Part shown: positions 1-8,761 of the stretch, piece by piece
Layout: each line of letters begins with the position of its first letter
Position numbering within the stretch: the first letter of the stretch is position 1
DNA from: Coriobacteriia bacterium
GTDB lineage: Bacteria; Actinomycetota; Coriobacteriia; Anaerosomatales; SLCP01
Reading direction: 5' to 3'
Assembly: GCA_014859265.1 (NCBI GenBank)
Contig: JACUUN010000005.1
Location: 1 to 57,626, forward strand
DNA length: 57,626 bases
Program-made: the position numbers and the translations under genes
Notes under the pieces: model-generated
What the model was told of the DNA's origin: nothing
The model's input: only the letters and a program-made list of their open reading frames with translations
Database searches by the model: none

Positions 1-46
1 CTCCGCATGCGCTCTGCTGCGCCCCGTACCCCTCGATCACGGCCTC

Positions 47-466
47 CTAGTCCTGTATGCCGAGGAGGAGCCACGCTCCGGTCAGGCGGTCGAACGCGAG
101 GTCGTACGTGCCGCCGCTCTTGACAACGACGCGCCAGCAGCGCTGGCTCACCCGCACCCCGGCGTCCCACCAGGAGTGCTCGACCGCCCACGTCTGCACT
201 ACCGAGGCGACATCGTAGAGACGGCCCCGCCAGGCGAACGCCGCGGGTGTCCGGCTCGACGCGTCCCACGAGACTGCCACCGCCTCCCCGACCCGGCGAC
301 CGAGAGCTCCGTCGCCGGGACGCCGCAGGTCGGACGCGCGGACGAGCCAGGGAGTCGCGAGCAGGTCGAGTACCACCGGACGGCGTCCCTCGGCGGAATC
401 GAAGAGATCGAGCGGGAGCCCGTCGGGAAGAGAGCGGTACTGCTTGATGGCGGCGTTGCGACCCAC
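47..466 (-). CDS. DUF6504-like small protein (often associated with SOS mutagenesis cassettes)
   Basis: C-terminal 'PAAFAWRGRLYDVASVVQTW...WW...WRV...YDLAFDRLTGAWLL' pattern; GTG at 466 follows GGAAGG (ORF track extends to ATG 511). Confidence 0.7.
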   Translation of the reverse strand: MGRNAAIKQYRSLPDGLPLDLFDSAEGRRPVVLDLLATPWLVRASDLRRPGDGALGRRVGEAVAVSWDASSRTPAAFAWRGRLYDVASVVQTWAVEHSWWDAGVRVSQRCWRVVVKSGGTYDLAFDRLTGAWLLLGIQD

Positions 467-502
467 GGGAGACCTTCCGACGTCGAGGGGAATCGAGCAT
501 AT

Positions 503-516
503 CGAACACATGTTCG
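503..516. promoter_or_regulatory. LexA (SOS) box, Gram-positive/actinobacterial type
   Basis: CGAAC-ACAT-GTTCG is an exact match to CGAAC-N4-GTTCG; lies just downstream of a minus-strand TATCTT -10-like hexamer (523-528). Confidence 0.85.
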
Positions 517-560
517 CTATGCAAGATACGCGTCCCCACCGACAACAACGCCGGAAGACC

Positions 561-2588
561 CTACCCGAGCAGATTCGCGGCGACCGGTATCGCCCGGGCG
601 AACACCGCTCCTACCAGCAGGGCAGTCCCGATCGTGATGGCGACAACGAGTGTCGTTCGCTGTCGACCAAGCACCTTCCCGAGCACAGCGACGGTCGATA
701 TACATGGAACCGCCAGCGTGTTCACGAGTGCGTAGACGAACAGGTCGGTACTGCTCATGAATGCGGTGAGATCGGCTGCCTGCTCCCCCATGCTCGCGAT
801 GGCAAGCGTTGCGAGAAGTTGCAGTGCAAACTCCTTGCGCAGGACGCCGAAGAGCAGCGTGAGACCCGCAACCGACGGCAGACCGAGCAGGCCTACCACG
901 ATGGGATCGAACGGGGTGGTGAGGTTCCACAACCATCCGCTCTCATACAAGCCGCCGAGCACGATGCTTCCCACGATCACAAGCGGTATGACGACCACGA
1001 GGAACTCGAGGAACTGGCCCCATGCCTTGCGCGCCACGATCATGATGTTCGGGCGTCGGAAGGAGAACATCTCCATCACCAGCCCCCGGGTGGTTCCAGG
1101 TACCATCCGCGCCATGACCACGCCCACGGTGGTGGCGACCAGGAGAGTGACCGCATACACGCCGAGCGCAGGGCCGATGCCGATGTAGTGTCCCACTGCT
1201 CCGAGTATCACAGCCGTGCGCGCACTGCACGGCACGAAGGAGACGAGGGTCGCAGCGATGAAGCGCTCACGGTCCGTGGAGAGCACGCGCACGGACAGCA
1301 CCGCCGGCACACTGCAACCCGCTCCGGCAACGAGCGGTATCACGGCCCTGCCGTGTAGACCGAGACGGTGCATCACGTTGTCGGAGAGGAATGCTACGGC
1401 GTTGAGATATCCACTGTCCTCGAGTATTGCGAGCAGGAAGTAGAACGTCAGGATGTAAGGCAGGCCGATTCCCAGAGCCGCCTCGATCCCGGAGTCCAGC
1501 CCCCAGAGCAACGTGCTTCCGAGCACACCATCGCCCGCTACGGCTTCGACCGCGTTCTGGATATGGGGTGACACGAATCGTCCCCACGCGGAAGAGAAGA
1601 GGCCCGCGAGAAACTCCCCGACGAAGAAAAGCAGCAGGAAGATCGACGCCAGTGCCGCGATGAGCATGGGAATGCCCGTCAGCGGCGCCGTTGCCAGACG
1701 CTCCCACGGGATACTCCGGGGAACCTTCGCCTGCGAGATGCACTCGAGCGCAACTTGTGAGGCCAGACGGTGACGCTCCCGATGCAAGACGAAGGAGGGG
1801 CGCCCACCCGAGAGATGACCGAGCGATGACCTCGCCTCGGCCGCAACGCGAAGCAGTCCCGAGTCGCCCTGCTCTTCGAGCGCACCGATCACGTCGGCGC
1901 GGCCTTCGAGAAGCTGCAGCCCGAGCGGGCGTCCCTCAAGACAGAGAGCGGCATTCTCACCCCGCTCGACCGTCGCGACCAGCGGGGCAATCGAGCTCTC
2001 GAACCCGGTCGCATACCTGTGAAGCGGCGTGGGCAGGGGCCTGGGCTCCTCGGCCACCTCGAGCGCTGCGATCATCAGATCGCTGATGCCCTCGCCCGTG
2101 ACCGCGACCGTCTCCACCACGCGGGCGCCCGTTGCGGCCGCCAGGCGCGCCGTGTCGATCCTGAGCCCCGTGCGCTCCGCGACATCGACGAGATTGACTG
2201 CAAGCACCACAGGTAGCCCCAGGTCGAGCACTTCGAACGCCAGGGCAAGGTTCCGGGCCAGGTTGGACGCATCCAGGACGACGATCGTCGCGTCCGGCCG
2301 TAGGTCCAGGAGGGCACGGCGTGTAGTGAGGGAGACCTCGGATGAGTCGTCAAGGCCGTAGGTCCCGGGAAGGTCGATGACGCTGACGACGCTGCCACCG
2401 ATCTCGGTGCGCCCGACATTCACGTCCACGGTCTTGCCGGCGTAGTGAGCGGTGACGACGTCCTGGCCGGTCACGCTGTTGAAGAGCGTGGACTTCCCCA
2501 CGTTCGGACTTCCGGCGAAGGCCAGGAGGAGCGGTGGACGGCCCCCGGGAAAGAGGTGCGACGGTACGGGACCGTGACACGTGGGCAT
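561..2588 (-). CDS. feoB: Ferrous iron transporter FeoB
   Basis: G-domain motifs GSPNVGKS, DLPG, NLVD; membrane region 'LEDSGYL', 'GCSVPA', 'VPCSAR', 'VPCIST'. Confidence 0.95.
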   Translation of the reverse strand: MPTCHGPVPSHLFPGGRPPLLLAFAGSPNVGKSTLFNSVTGQDVVTAHYAGKTVDVNVGRTEIGGSVVSVIDLPGTYGLDDSSEVSLTTRRALLDLRPDATIVVLDASNLARNLALAFEVLDLGLPVVLAVNLVDVAERTGLRIDTARLAAATGARVVETVAVTGEGISDLMIAALEVAEEPRPLPTPLHRYATGFESSIAPLVATVERGENAALCLEGRPLGLQLLEGRADVIGALEEQGDSGLLRVAAEARSSLGHLSGGRPSFVLHRERHRLASQVALECISQAKVPRSIPWERLATAPLTGIPMLIAALASIFLLLFFVGEFLAGLFSSAWGRFVSPHIQNAVEAVAGDGVLGSTLLWGLDSGIEAALGIGLPYILTFYFLLAILEDSGYLNAVAFLSDNVMHRLGLHGRAVIPLVAGAGCSVPAVLSVRVLSTDRERFIAATLVSFVPCSARTAVILGAVGHYIGIGPALGVYAVTLLVATTVGVVMARMVPGTTRGLVMEMFSFRRPNIMIVARKAWGQFLEFLVVVIPLVIVGSIVLGGLYESGWLWNLTTPFDPIVVGLLGLPSVAGLTLLFGVLRKEFALQLLATLAIASMGEQAADLTAFMSSTDLFVYALVNTLAVPCISTVAVLGKVLGRQRTTLVVAITIGTALLVGAVFARAIPVAANLLG

Positions 2589-2602
2589 AGGTTGCTGCTC
2601 CG

Positions 2603-3265
2603 TCAGTCGCGGTCTGCGTCTGCAGCCGTCACGAGGATGCGCTCGGCAACCTCACGGCCAAGTGCGTATGTGGTGCCATTCACCTCGATCAGTAAGGGAC
2701 CTTTGAACGGAGAGACCTCGCACACGCGCACCACGGTGCCGGGATACATGCCGAGCGAGCCGAGATACGTCAGCATGGCCTCGTCGTCCTCGGATACCTG
2801 GAGAATCTTCGAGGTCCGACCGCTGTCGATGTCACAGAGCGGCACGCCCTCCACAGGCACTATCTCACCCTCTGCACTGGGTATCGGGTGGCCATGAGGG
2901 CACACCTCCGGATTCTCCAGGTACTCTTCCAGCGCCTCCATGACCCTGGGGGAGAGCGCGTGCTCAAGGCGGCACGCGTCTTCGTGCGCGTCTTCCCAGG
3001 CAAGGCCGAGCACGTCTACGAGAAATCGCTCGGCCAGACGGTGACGCCTCACGATGTCGATCGCAAGGACGCGGCCTTCGTCCGTCAGAACGACCTCGCC
3101 GTCCCGCCGGCTTATAAGGTCGTGTGCTTCGAGACGCTTGAGGGTGGCAGTCACCGTGGGGCCGGAGACCCCCAACGCCTCGGCGATCGGCGTAGGCCGC
3201 ACGGGGCCACGCTCGGAGAGCTTGTAGATCGTCTCGAGGTACTCTTCAAGGGTCGCGGAAGGCAT
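2603..3265 (-). CDS. DtxR/MntR-family metal-dependent repressor with C-terminal FeoA/SH3 domain
   Basis: 'EEYLETIY', 'RRHRLAERFL', 'ACRLEH', 'CPHGHPIP'; FeoA-like tail 'LGSLGMYPGTVVRV...SPFKGP'; ATG 3265 after GGAGGTG. Confidence 0.93.
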   Translation of the reverse strand: MPSATLEEYLETIYKLSERGPVRPTPIAEALGVSGPTVTATLKRLEAHDLISRRDGEVVLTDEGRVLAIDIVRRHRLAERFLVDVLGLAWEDAHEDACRLEHALSPRVMEALEEYLENPEVCPHGHPIPSAEGEIVPVEGVPLCDIDSGRTSKILQVSEDDEAMLTYLGSLGMYPGTVVRVCEVSPFKGPLLIEVNGTTYALGREVAERILVTAADADRD

Positions 3266-3311
3266 CGGCCCACCTCCATCGGCGCAGCAAGATGCGGGTG
3301 TGATACTCGTC

Positions 3312-3325
3312 TTAGAGTACCCTAA
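3312..3325. promoter_or_regulatory. DtxR/MntR-type operator (autoregulatory)
   Basis: Near-perfect 14-bp palindrome TTAGAGTACCCTAA (minus: TTAGGGTACTCTAA), similar to SirR/MntR TTAGG-N4-CCTAA boxes, ~47 bp upstream of the regulator start. Confidence 0.7.
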
Positions 3326-3470
3326 CCAGGGTCCTGTCACAAGACGATGTAGGGCTATGCGCCTACATGACGTTGTCCACTGCCATACCGCCGTTCTGAC
3401 ACCATATGTGACCGTTTGTCCCGGCCAACAGCCCGTCTGTCATGTACTTGTGATTTCTCCCAAAACGGCC

Positions 3471-3499
3471 TTGACGCTCCCGGAGGGTGGCTGTAACGT
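3471..3499 (+). promoter_or_regulatory. Sigma70-type promoter for the intergenic RNA
   Basis: TTGACG-17 nt-TAACGT. Confidence 0.75.
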
Positions 3500-3505
3500 T
3501 GCAGC

Positions 3506-3676
3506 TGTCCCGAGAAGTCGGACCTGGCGAGCATCGAAACGTTGCGTACCAGTAGCCGCCGGCGGGGAAACGTGAGAGTGGGCATAACGCGAGTTGGCCC
3601 GGTCGAGCGGGACTCCAATGGAGGGAAATGGGAAGCAGCGGAGTATGGTGCCACGCGGACGAGGTTTCTCGGGACA
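3506..3676 (+). ncRNA. Structured non-coding RNA of ~170 nt, 6S-like candidate
   Basis: 5' TGTCCCGAGAA (3506-3516) pairs perfectly with TTCTCGGGACA (3666-3676); the 5' end coincides with the predicted TSS; further nested helices; no convincing ORF. Confidence 0.6.
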
Positions 3677-3727
3677 CTTCTATGTCCGCTCCCTTTCCCC
3701 GGTCGGCACGACCGGCCCCGGAGCCAT

Positions 3728-4093
3728 CTACCCCCGGTAGACGATTCTCGCGATCGGTGACTCCCACACGGCTACCTCGGCGACCGTGACCTCATCGCCG
3801 ACCCTCTCCTCGAGCTCCTCGAACACGATGCGCGCGAGGTTCTCAGCCGTCGGGTTGATCGAATCGAACGGAGGCACCTCGTTCAGGAACCCGTGATCGT
3901 AGCGGTCGAGGACGGCCGCCAGATCCTCCTTGAGGCGCTTGAAGTCGTAGACGATCCCCACCGCGTCGAGGTGCTCCCCGTGGACCGTGACCTCGACATC
4001 CCACGTGTGACCGTGTAGTTCGCGGCATTCTCCCGGATACCCGTGCAAAGCGTGGGCGGCATCGAAGTGGCCTTTCACCGTCAACTCGTACAC
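3728..4093 (-). CDS. queD: 6-carboxytetrahydropterin synthase
   Basis: 'FDAAH', 'CRELHGHTW', 'PTAENLA', 'WESP'; GTG 4093 after AGGAGG. Confidence 0.92.
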   Translation of the reverse strand: MYELTVKGHFDAAHALHGYPGECRELHGHTWDVEVTVHGEHLDAVGIVYDFKRLKEDLAAVLDRYDHGFLNEVPPFDSINPTAENLARIVFEELEERVGDEVTVAEVAVWESPIARIVYRG

Positions 4094-4104
4094 TGCCGAC
4101 CTCC

Positions 4105-4581
4105 TCAGAAGAGCGTCCCCTGACCTTCCTCGTCCTCGCACGCTTCGATGGCGTCTCCAACGGATCTCCGTTCGTCCATGGCTTCGTTGGCAAGTCTGTC
4201 CGCCTCCGTGTTCTCCTCACGGGGCACATGGACGAAACTGACGTGGTCGAAGCGACCCATCAGCGCCTTGGCCCGGGCGAACGGCTCTTTTAGCCCGTCG
4301 TTCTTCACGCGGTAGCGGCCGGTCATCTGGCGTACGATGAGCTCGCTGTCCATGCGGACCTCGAGACTCCTGCAGCCGTGAGAGGCCGCGCTGCTCAGAC
4401 CGCGAATCAGCCCATCGTACTCCGCACGATTGTTCGTCGCCTCGCCGATGAAGTACCCTGCGGCGCACACGGCTGCTCCCGAGCCGTCCCTCAACACGAA
4501 TCCCGAGCCTGCGGGCCCTGGATTGCCGCGTGAGCCGCCGTCAGTGTAGAGCACCCAGTGCGCGGGGCTACTCAACTGCAT
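4105..4581 (-). CDS. rnhA: Ribonuclease HI (actinobacterial/archaeal type)
   Basis: 'YTDGGSRGNPGPAG', 'TNNRAEY', 'DSELIVRQ', 'HVPREENTEADRLAN'. Confidence 0.92.
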   Translation of the reverse strand: MQLSSPAHWVLYTDGGSRGNPGPAGSGFVLRDGSGAAVCAAGYFIGEATNNRAEYDGLIRGLSSAASHGCRSLEVRMDSELIVRQMTGRYRVKNDGLKEPFARAKALMGRFDHVSFVHVPREENTEADRLANEAMDERRSVGDAIEACEDEEGQGTLF

Positions 4582-5296
4582 CGGCTCCCCGAACCACGAG
4601 CAGACGCCTACAGTTCGGGCAGAGCCCGATGTCAGGGCCTTCGCGCAACTCCCTGAGACGCTCTGCCGGCAGCTCGACCCGGCATGCCGAGCAGGCCACC
4701 TCGAGCAGCTTCGCCGCCCCGATACCGCCCTTCGCTGCGGCGGTTGTCTCGTAGCGTGCGAGCAGGTCGTCACCGAGTGATGCAGCCAATTCCGCCCTCT
4801 GTGTCTTGTGGCTGTCGAGGGACGCCTGCATCTCTCCGCCCTTAGCCCGGTACTCTGTAATGAGTTGATTCTCGCGCGCAGAGAGACGCTCTAGAGCCAT
4901 CTCAACCTTCGCCACCTGCTCCCGTGCCTTCTCAAGTCGCTCCATGAGCGTAATGGTGTCGTTATCGAGCTTGTCCTCGCGCCGCTTGAGCGCATCCATC
5001 TCGCGCGATAGGTTGTGCACCTCTTTGGGGTTGGTCACCTGCCCGCTATCGAGGGTCTTCTGAACGCCGACGATCTTCTCGTCAACGGTTGCGACCTCGT
5101 CGGTGTTCGCGGTGATGGCGCGCTCGAGACGGTGGACGAGCTCCTCGGTCTTCCCCTTGAGCTGCCGTACCTCATCGGCCTTGTGGCGCGTCTCGAGAAT
5201 CGCGCGCTTCTCGGGGAGTTCATCGAGGAGCTTGGCCGCTCGCCGTATCTCCAGATCACACGTCTGCAGAGCGAACAGTGCGGCGGGTACGTCCAT
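4568..5296 (-). CDS. Coiled-coil protein with C4-type zinc ribbon (DUF164 family)
   Basis: Long heptad-rich region with 'CSAC' and 'CPNCRRLL'; typical position between nif3 and rnhA. Confidence 0.88.
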   Translation of the reverse strand: MDVPAALFALQTCDLEIRRAAKLLDELPEKRAILETRHKADEVRQLKGKTEELVHRLERAITANTDEVATVDEKIVGVQKTLDSGQVTNPKEVHNLSREMDALKRREDKLDNDTITLMERLEKAREQVAKVEMALERLSARENQLITEYRAKGGEMQASLDSHKTQRAELAASLGDDLLARYETTAAAKGGIGAAKLLEVACSACRVELPAERLRELREGPDIGLCPNCRRLLVVRGADAVE

Positions 5297-6402
5297 CAGT
5301 CACTCCTTTGTGGGGTCCACCAGCCGACGACAGGCGGGTCGACCAGTACCGATCCGGCATCCAGACCTGGAGCGAGTGCCACCGCCTCAGCGAGAACTGG
5401 GACGAGCGGCCACTCCGAGACGTCATGCCCGATCTCGACGATACACAGGCCCGCAGCGGCCGCAGCCTGCGCGTCATGATAGCGCACCTCTCCTGCCACA
5501 AGGACATCGACGCCGGCACGAAGCGCGGCCGGTACGAGTGACCCGGCGGAACCCGTTGCGGTAGCAACGGTAGCAACGGTGACGTCCTCGGAGCCCCATA
5601 TCCTCGGCGTCACTCCGAACAAATCAGAGACGCGGGACACGAAAGCGGCAAGGGAGACGGGCTCGGGCAGCTCGCACACACGCCCCATCCGGGCATCGCC
5701 ACGCGCTATGGTCACCTCCGCAACCGTGATGAGCGGCTCTTCGTACGGGTGATTCTCGCGTGCCGCAGATACGGCAGCACCTGCCAGCTGACGCGGCGCG
5801 ACCATCTCGAGTCGGGACTCCTCCGCCGAGCTCATGCTTTCTACGACACCGGTGTAGGGAGCAGTCTCGCCGGATGGCGTGAAGGTGCCCGTCCCCGGCG
5901 TCGCGAACGAACAGCCGCGGTAGTCTCCGATGCGTCCCGCTCCCGCGCGCGCCATCGCATCCGCCACGGCACGCTCGTGTGAGGAGGGTACGAAGACAGT
6001 GACGAGCGACATCGGCAGCAACGCATCCTCGAGCGGCCGACCGGGGTCGAGCCCGAGCACGCGTGGGAGTGCGGCCGCCCCGTCAGGGGCACGGTCGAGG
6101 TTCGTATGGGCCGCAACAAGCGCGATTCCCGCGCTCAACGCCGGGAAGGACACCCCGGCCGCTGCCGGAGTCAAATGGGCCGGGGGCTCCAGAAAGGGCG
6201 GATGGTGGGTGACGAGCACCTGCGCACCCGCCTGGCGCGCCCGTTTCAGTGCATCGCGGGTTGGGTCCAAAGAGACCAGTACCCGCGAGACCGGCGCGTC
6301 GGGATCGCCAGCAATCAGCCCGACCCGATCCCAGAGCTCGGCCCACTCAGGGGGGAACGCAGCGTGAATCGCCTCTACGACACCGGCTACACTCGTGCTC
6401 AC
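5296..6402 (-). CDS. Nif3-like dinuclear metal protein (DUF34) with PII-like insert
   Basis: 'WDRVGL', 'THHP', 'HTNLD', 'HPYEEP', 'GHDVSE'. Confidence 0.92.
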   Translation of the reverse strand: MSTSVAGVVEAIHAAFPPEWAELWDRVGLIAGDPDAPVSRVLVSLDPTRDALKRARQAGAQVLVTHHPPFLEPPAHLTPAAAGVSFPALSAGIALVAAHTNLDRAPDGAAALPRVLGLDPGRPLEDALLPMSLVTVFVPSSHERAVADAMARAGAGRIGDYRGCSFATPGTGTFTPSGETAPYTGVVESMSSAEESRLEMVAPRQLAGAAVSAARENHPYEEPLITVAEVTIARGDARMGRVCELPEPVSLAAFVSRVSDLFGVTPRIWGSEDVTVATVATATGSAGSLVPAALRAGVDVLVAGEVRYHDAQAAAAAGLCIVEIGHDVSEWPLVPVLAEAVALAPGLDAGSVLVDPPVVGWWTPQRSD

Positions 6403-7196
6403 AGCGGCACCTCCCGCATCTCCCGGGCCTCGAAGTAGACGATGCTCTCATACCCAGCCCGTGCCACTGCGGCACGGACCTCCCCGAGCCCGCTGCCGAC
6501 CTCCTCAGGCGTGTGAGCATCGGATGCCGTCGTGACCGGCACGCCTGCGCGCCGAAACGCGGCGAGCAAGTCATCGGAGGGATAGATCTCACGGCACGGC
6601 TTCCTCAGACCGGCCGAGGAGACCTCGACCGCCACGCCGGCGTCGGCCATCGCTGCCGCAACGTCATCGTAGAGCGAAATCAGATCCCCGGGCGGCACGT
6701 GGCCGAACTTCTTCACGAGATCGGGATGGGCCATCACGTCGAACAGCCCGCTCGAAGCGGCTTGCGTGAACACCTCGAAGTACTCGTCCCACGCGCCTGC
6801 GACATCCCTCAGGGACCACTCATCGATCAGCCGCGGGTCGTCGAAAGCCCAATCCCCGAGGAAGTGCACGGATCCGAGAACAACGTCGAACGGGTAGGCG
6901 GCGATCGCCCGTGCGGTCTGCGCCCGGTACGGTGGCACCCAGTCTGCCTCTATGCCGAGCAGTACCCGGGGCGGTCCGCCCGTGGCTGCGGACTTGCGAA
7001 CGTCCGCCACATACTCTGCAAGTTCCCCTGGGCGCATGGCATACTCGCCATCCGGGTCGTAGCCGTCTGGGAGGGCGAGATGGTCAGTGAACGCGATAAC
7101 TTCAAGGCCCGCCTGCCGTGCGGCAGCGACGTACTCCGACGGTCGGCCGGCGGCATGACCGCAGCGTGCGGTGTGAATGTGCAGATCGATCATCAT
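6399..7196 (-). CDS. PHP-family histidinol-phosphatase (HisJ/HisK type)
   Basis: 'DLHIHT..CGHA', 'FTDH', 'GIEAD', 'GSVH', 'AHPDLVK', 'SDAH'. Confidence 0.85.
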   Translation of the reverse strand: MMIDLHIHTARCGHAAGRPSEYVAAARQAGLEVIAFTDHLALPDGYDPDGEYAMRPGELAEYVADVRKSAATGGPPRVLLGIEADWVPPYRAQTARAIAAYPFDVVLGSVHFLGDWAFDDPRLIDEWSLRDVAGAWDEYFEVFTQAASSGLFDVMAHPDLVKKFGHVPPGDLISLYDDVAAAMADAGVAVEVSSAGLRKPCREIYPSDDLLAAFRRAGVPVTTASDAHTPEEVGSGLGEVRAAVARAGYESIVYFEAREMREVPL

Positions 7197-8236
7197 CGTG
7201 TCGCTCCCACCACTCCCCCGCCCACTACACGGTCACCCACGTAGCATACGACAGCCTGGCCGCAGGCGACCCCACCGGCAGGGCTATCGAGCTCGACCGT
7301 TAGCCTCCCGCCCGACCAGCGTGCCTGTGCGGGCACGGACGTGGCACGATACCTGATCACAGCCTCAATGCGCTCGTGTCCTTCTGGACGCCAGACAGCG
7401 TCCTCGAGTTCGATCGTCGTGATCGGAGCTGGAGTGCCGTGGCACACGACGACGATGTTCTCATCGGCTCTGATCCTCGCGACGTACCAGGGTCCTCCGG
7501 AAAGCCCCAACCCCTTGCGCTGGCCGATGGTGTAGCGGGCGATTCCGTCGTGAGTGCCGACGTGTATCCCCTTCTCATCGACGATCGGACCTGATTCACC
7601 TGCCACAGGCGCCCTATTGACCACGAACGAGCCGACATCGTCCGGGATGAAGCATATCTCCTGGCTCTCGGGGCGCTCTGCCGTCGGGAGACCGAGCGCG
7701 CGCGCCTCCTCGCGAACCTCTGCCTTGGTTACGTCACCCAGCGGGAAGCACACGAAGCGAATCGCGGGTTCGTCGAGCCGGTAAAGGAAGTACGACTGGT
7801 CCTTCGAGACGTCGCGCCCGCGGTGAAGCCAGAGCGAGCCGGTCTCATCGGCCACGATCCGGGCGTAGTGACCGCTCGCCAGCGAATCGGCGCCGTGCGT
7901 GCGGGCACGTGCCAGCAGGATGGCGAACTTGACCCGGTCGTTGCACGCGATGCAGGGATTGGGCGTCCGGCCGGCGGCGTACTCGCGCACGAACGGCGCA
8001 ACGACCTCGCTCTCGAACACGTCGCGCATGTTGAGCGTGTAGTGCTCGATGCCGAGATGGTCGCAGACGCGGCGAGCTGCCCGAACAGCATCGGTCGAGC
8101 AGCACCTACCGGGATCCTCCCCCTCCGGGAGCACCTGCATGGTGACCCCGGTGACACTGTGACCCTGACGAACGAGACGGGCGGCAGCGACCGAGGAGTC
8201 CACACCGCCGCTCATCGCCACCCATAGGGATGCCAC
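7193..8236 (-). CDS. mnmA: tRNA 2-thiouridylase
   Basis: 'AMSGGVDSS', 'TPNPCIACN', 'GHYA', 'KDQSYFL', 'ESQEICF', 'TIGQRKGL'. Confidence 0.96.
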   Translation of the reverse strand: MASLWVAMSGGVDSSVAAARLVRQGHSVTGVTMQVLPEGEDPGRCCSTDAVRAARRVCDHLGIEHYTLNMRDVFESEVVAPFVREYAAGRTPNPCIACNDRVKFAILLARARTHGADSLASGHYARIVADETGSLWLHRGRDVSKDQSYFLYRLDEPAIRFVCFPLGDVTKAEVREEARALGLPTAERPESQEICFIPDDVGSFVVNRAPVAGESGPIVDEKGIHVGTHDGIARYTIGQRKGLGLSGGPWYVARIRADENIVVVCHGTPAPITTIELEDAVWRPEGHERIEAVIRYRATSVPAQARWSGGRLTVELDSPAGGVACGQAVVCYVGDRVVGGGVVGATR

Positions 8237-8245
8237 GGGAGTACG

Positions 8246-8713
8246 CTACTCCTCCGGGATGTCGCACGCGTCGTCATGCTCCTCGGCGTGCGGATCGAAG
8301 TCAGGATCGTCGTGCGCGATCGTGCCAGCGGCGATCGGATCGCGCCCGTGACTGACGAGGTAGTCGTCAACGGCTTTCTTCAGCCCATCGGTGGCGAGCA
8401 CGCTGCAGTGCATCTTGGCCGGAGGCAGCCCGCCGAGCTCATCGGCAACCTGCTTCTTCGTAATTGATACCGCCTCCTCGAGGGACATGCCCCGCGCCAT
8501 TTCGGTCACGATGGAACTCGTCGCAATCGCGGCTCCGCACCCCAGGGTCTGGAAACGGATGTCGTCGATCTTGTCGTCGGCAACCTTAATCGAGATTCTC
8601 ATGACATCACCGCAGACCGGGTTGCCGACCTCGCCGATGCCGTCAGCGTCATCGAGGACCCCGACGTTGCGCGGGTTGTTGAAGTGGTCCATGACTTTGT
8701 CGCTGTAGAGCAC
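8246..8713 (-). CDS. iscU: Fe-S cluster scaffold IscU/NifU-N
   Basis: 'YSDKVMDHFNNPRNVG', 'GNPVCGD', 'GCGAAIA', 'KMHCS'. Confidence 0.95.
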   Translation of the reverse strand: MLYSDKVMDHFNNPRNVGVLDDADGIGEVGNPVCGDVMRISIKVADDKIDDIRFQTLGCGAAIATSSIVTEMARGMSLEEAVSITKKQVADELGGLPPAKMHCSVLATDGLKKAVDDYLVSHGRDPIAAGTIAHDDPDFDPHAEEHDDACDIPEE

Positions 8714-8761
8714 GGAACGTCCCTTCCTCGTATGCGGGCATCGCGCCCCGGTACCGGACAG

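Noticed and set aside
3506-3676. RNase P RNA or SRP RNA
   Set aside because: rnpB often lies near the nif3/Zn-ribbon/rnhA cluster and GGAAGCAGC is present, but the element is too short, lacks GAGGAAAGUCC, and has no paired CAGG-GNRA-AGCAG helix 8.
3355-3767. Small ORFs in the DtxR-queD gap
   Set aside because: No RBS or family motifs; the promoter and closing stem explain the region better as an RNA gene.
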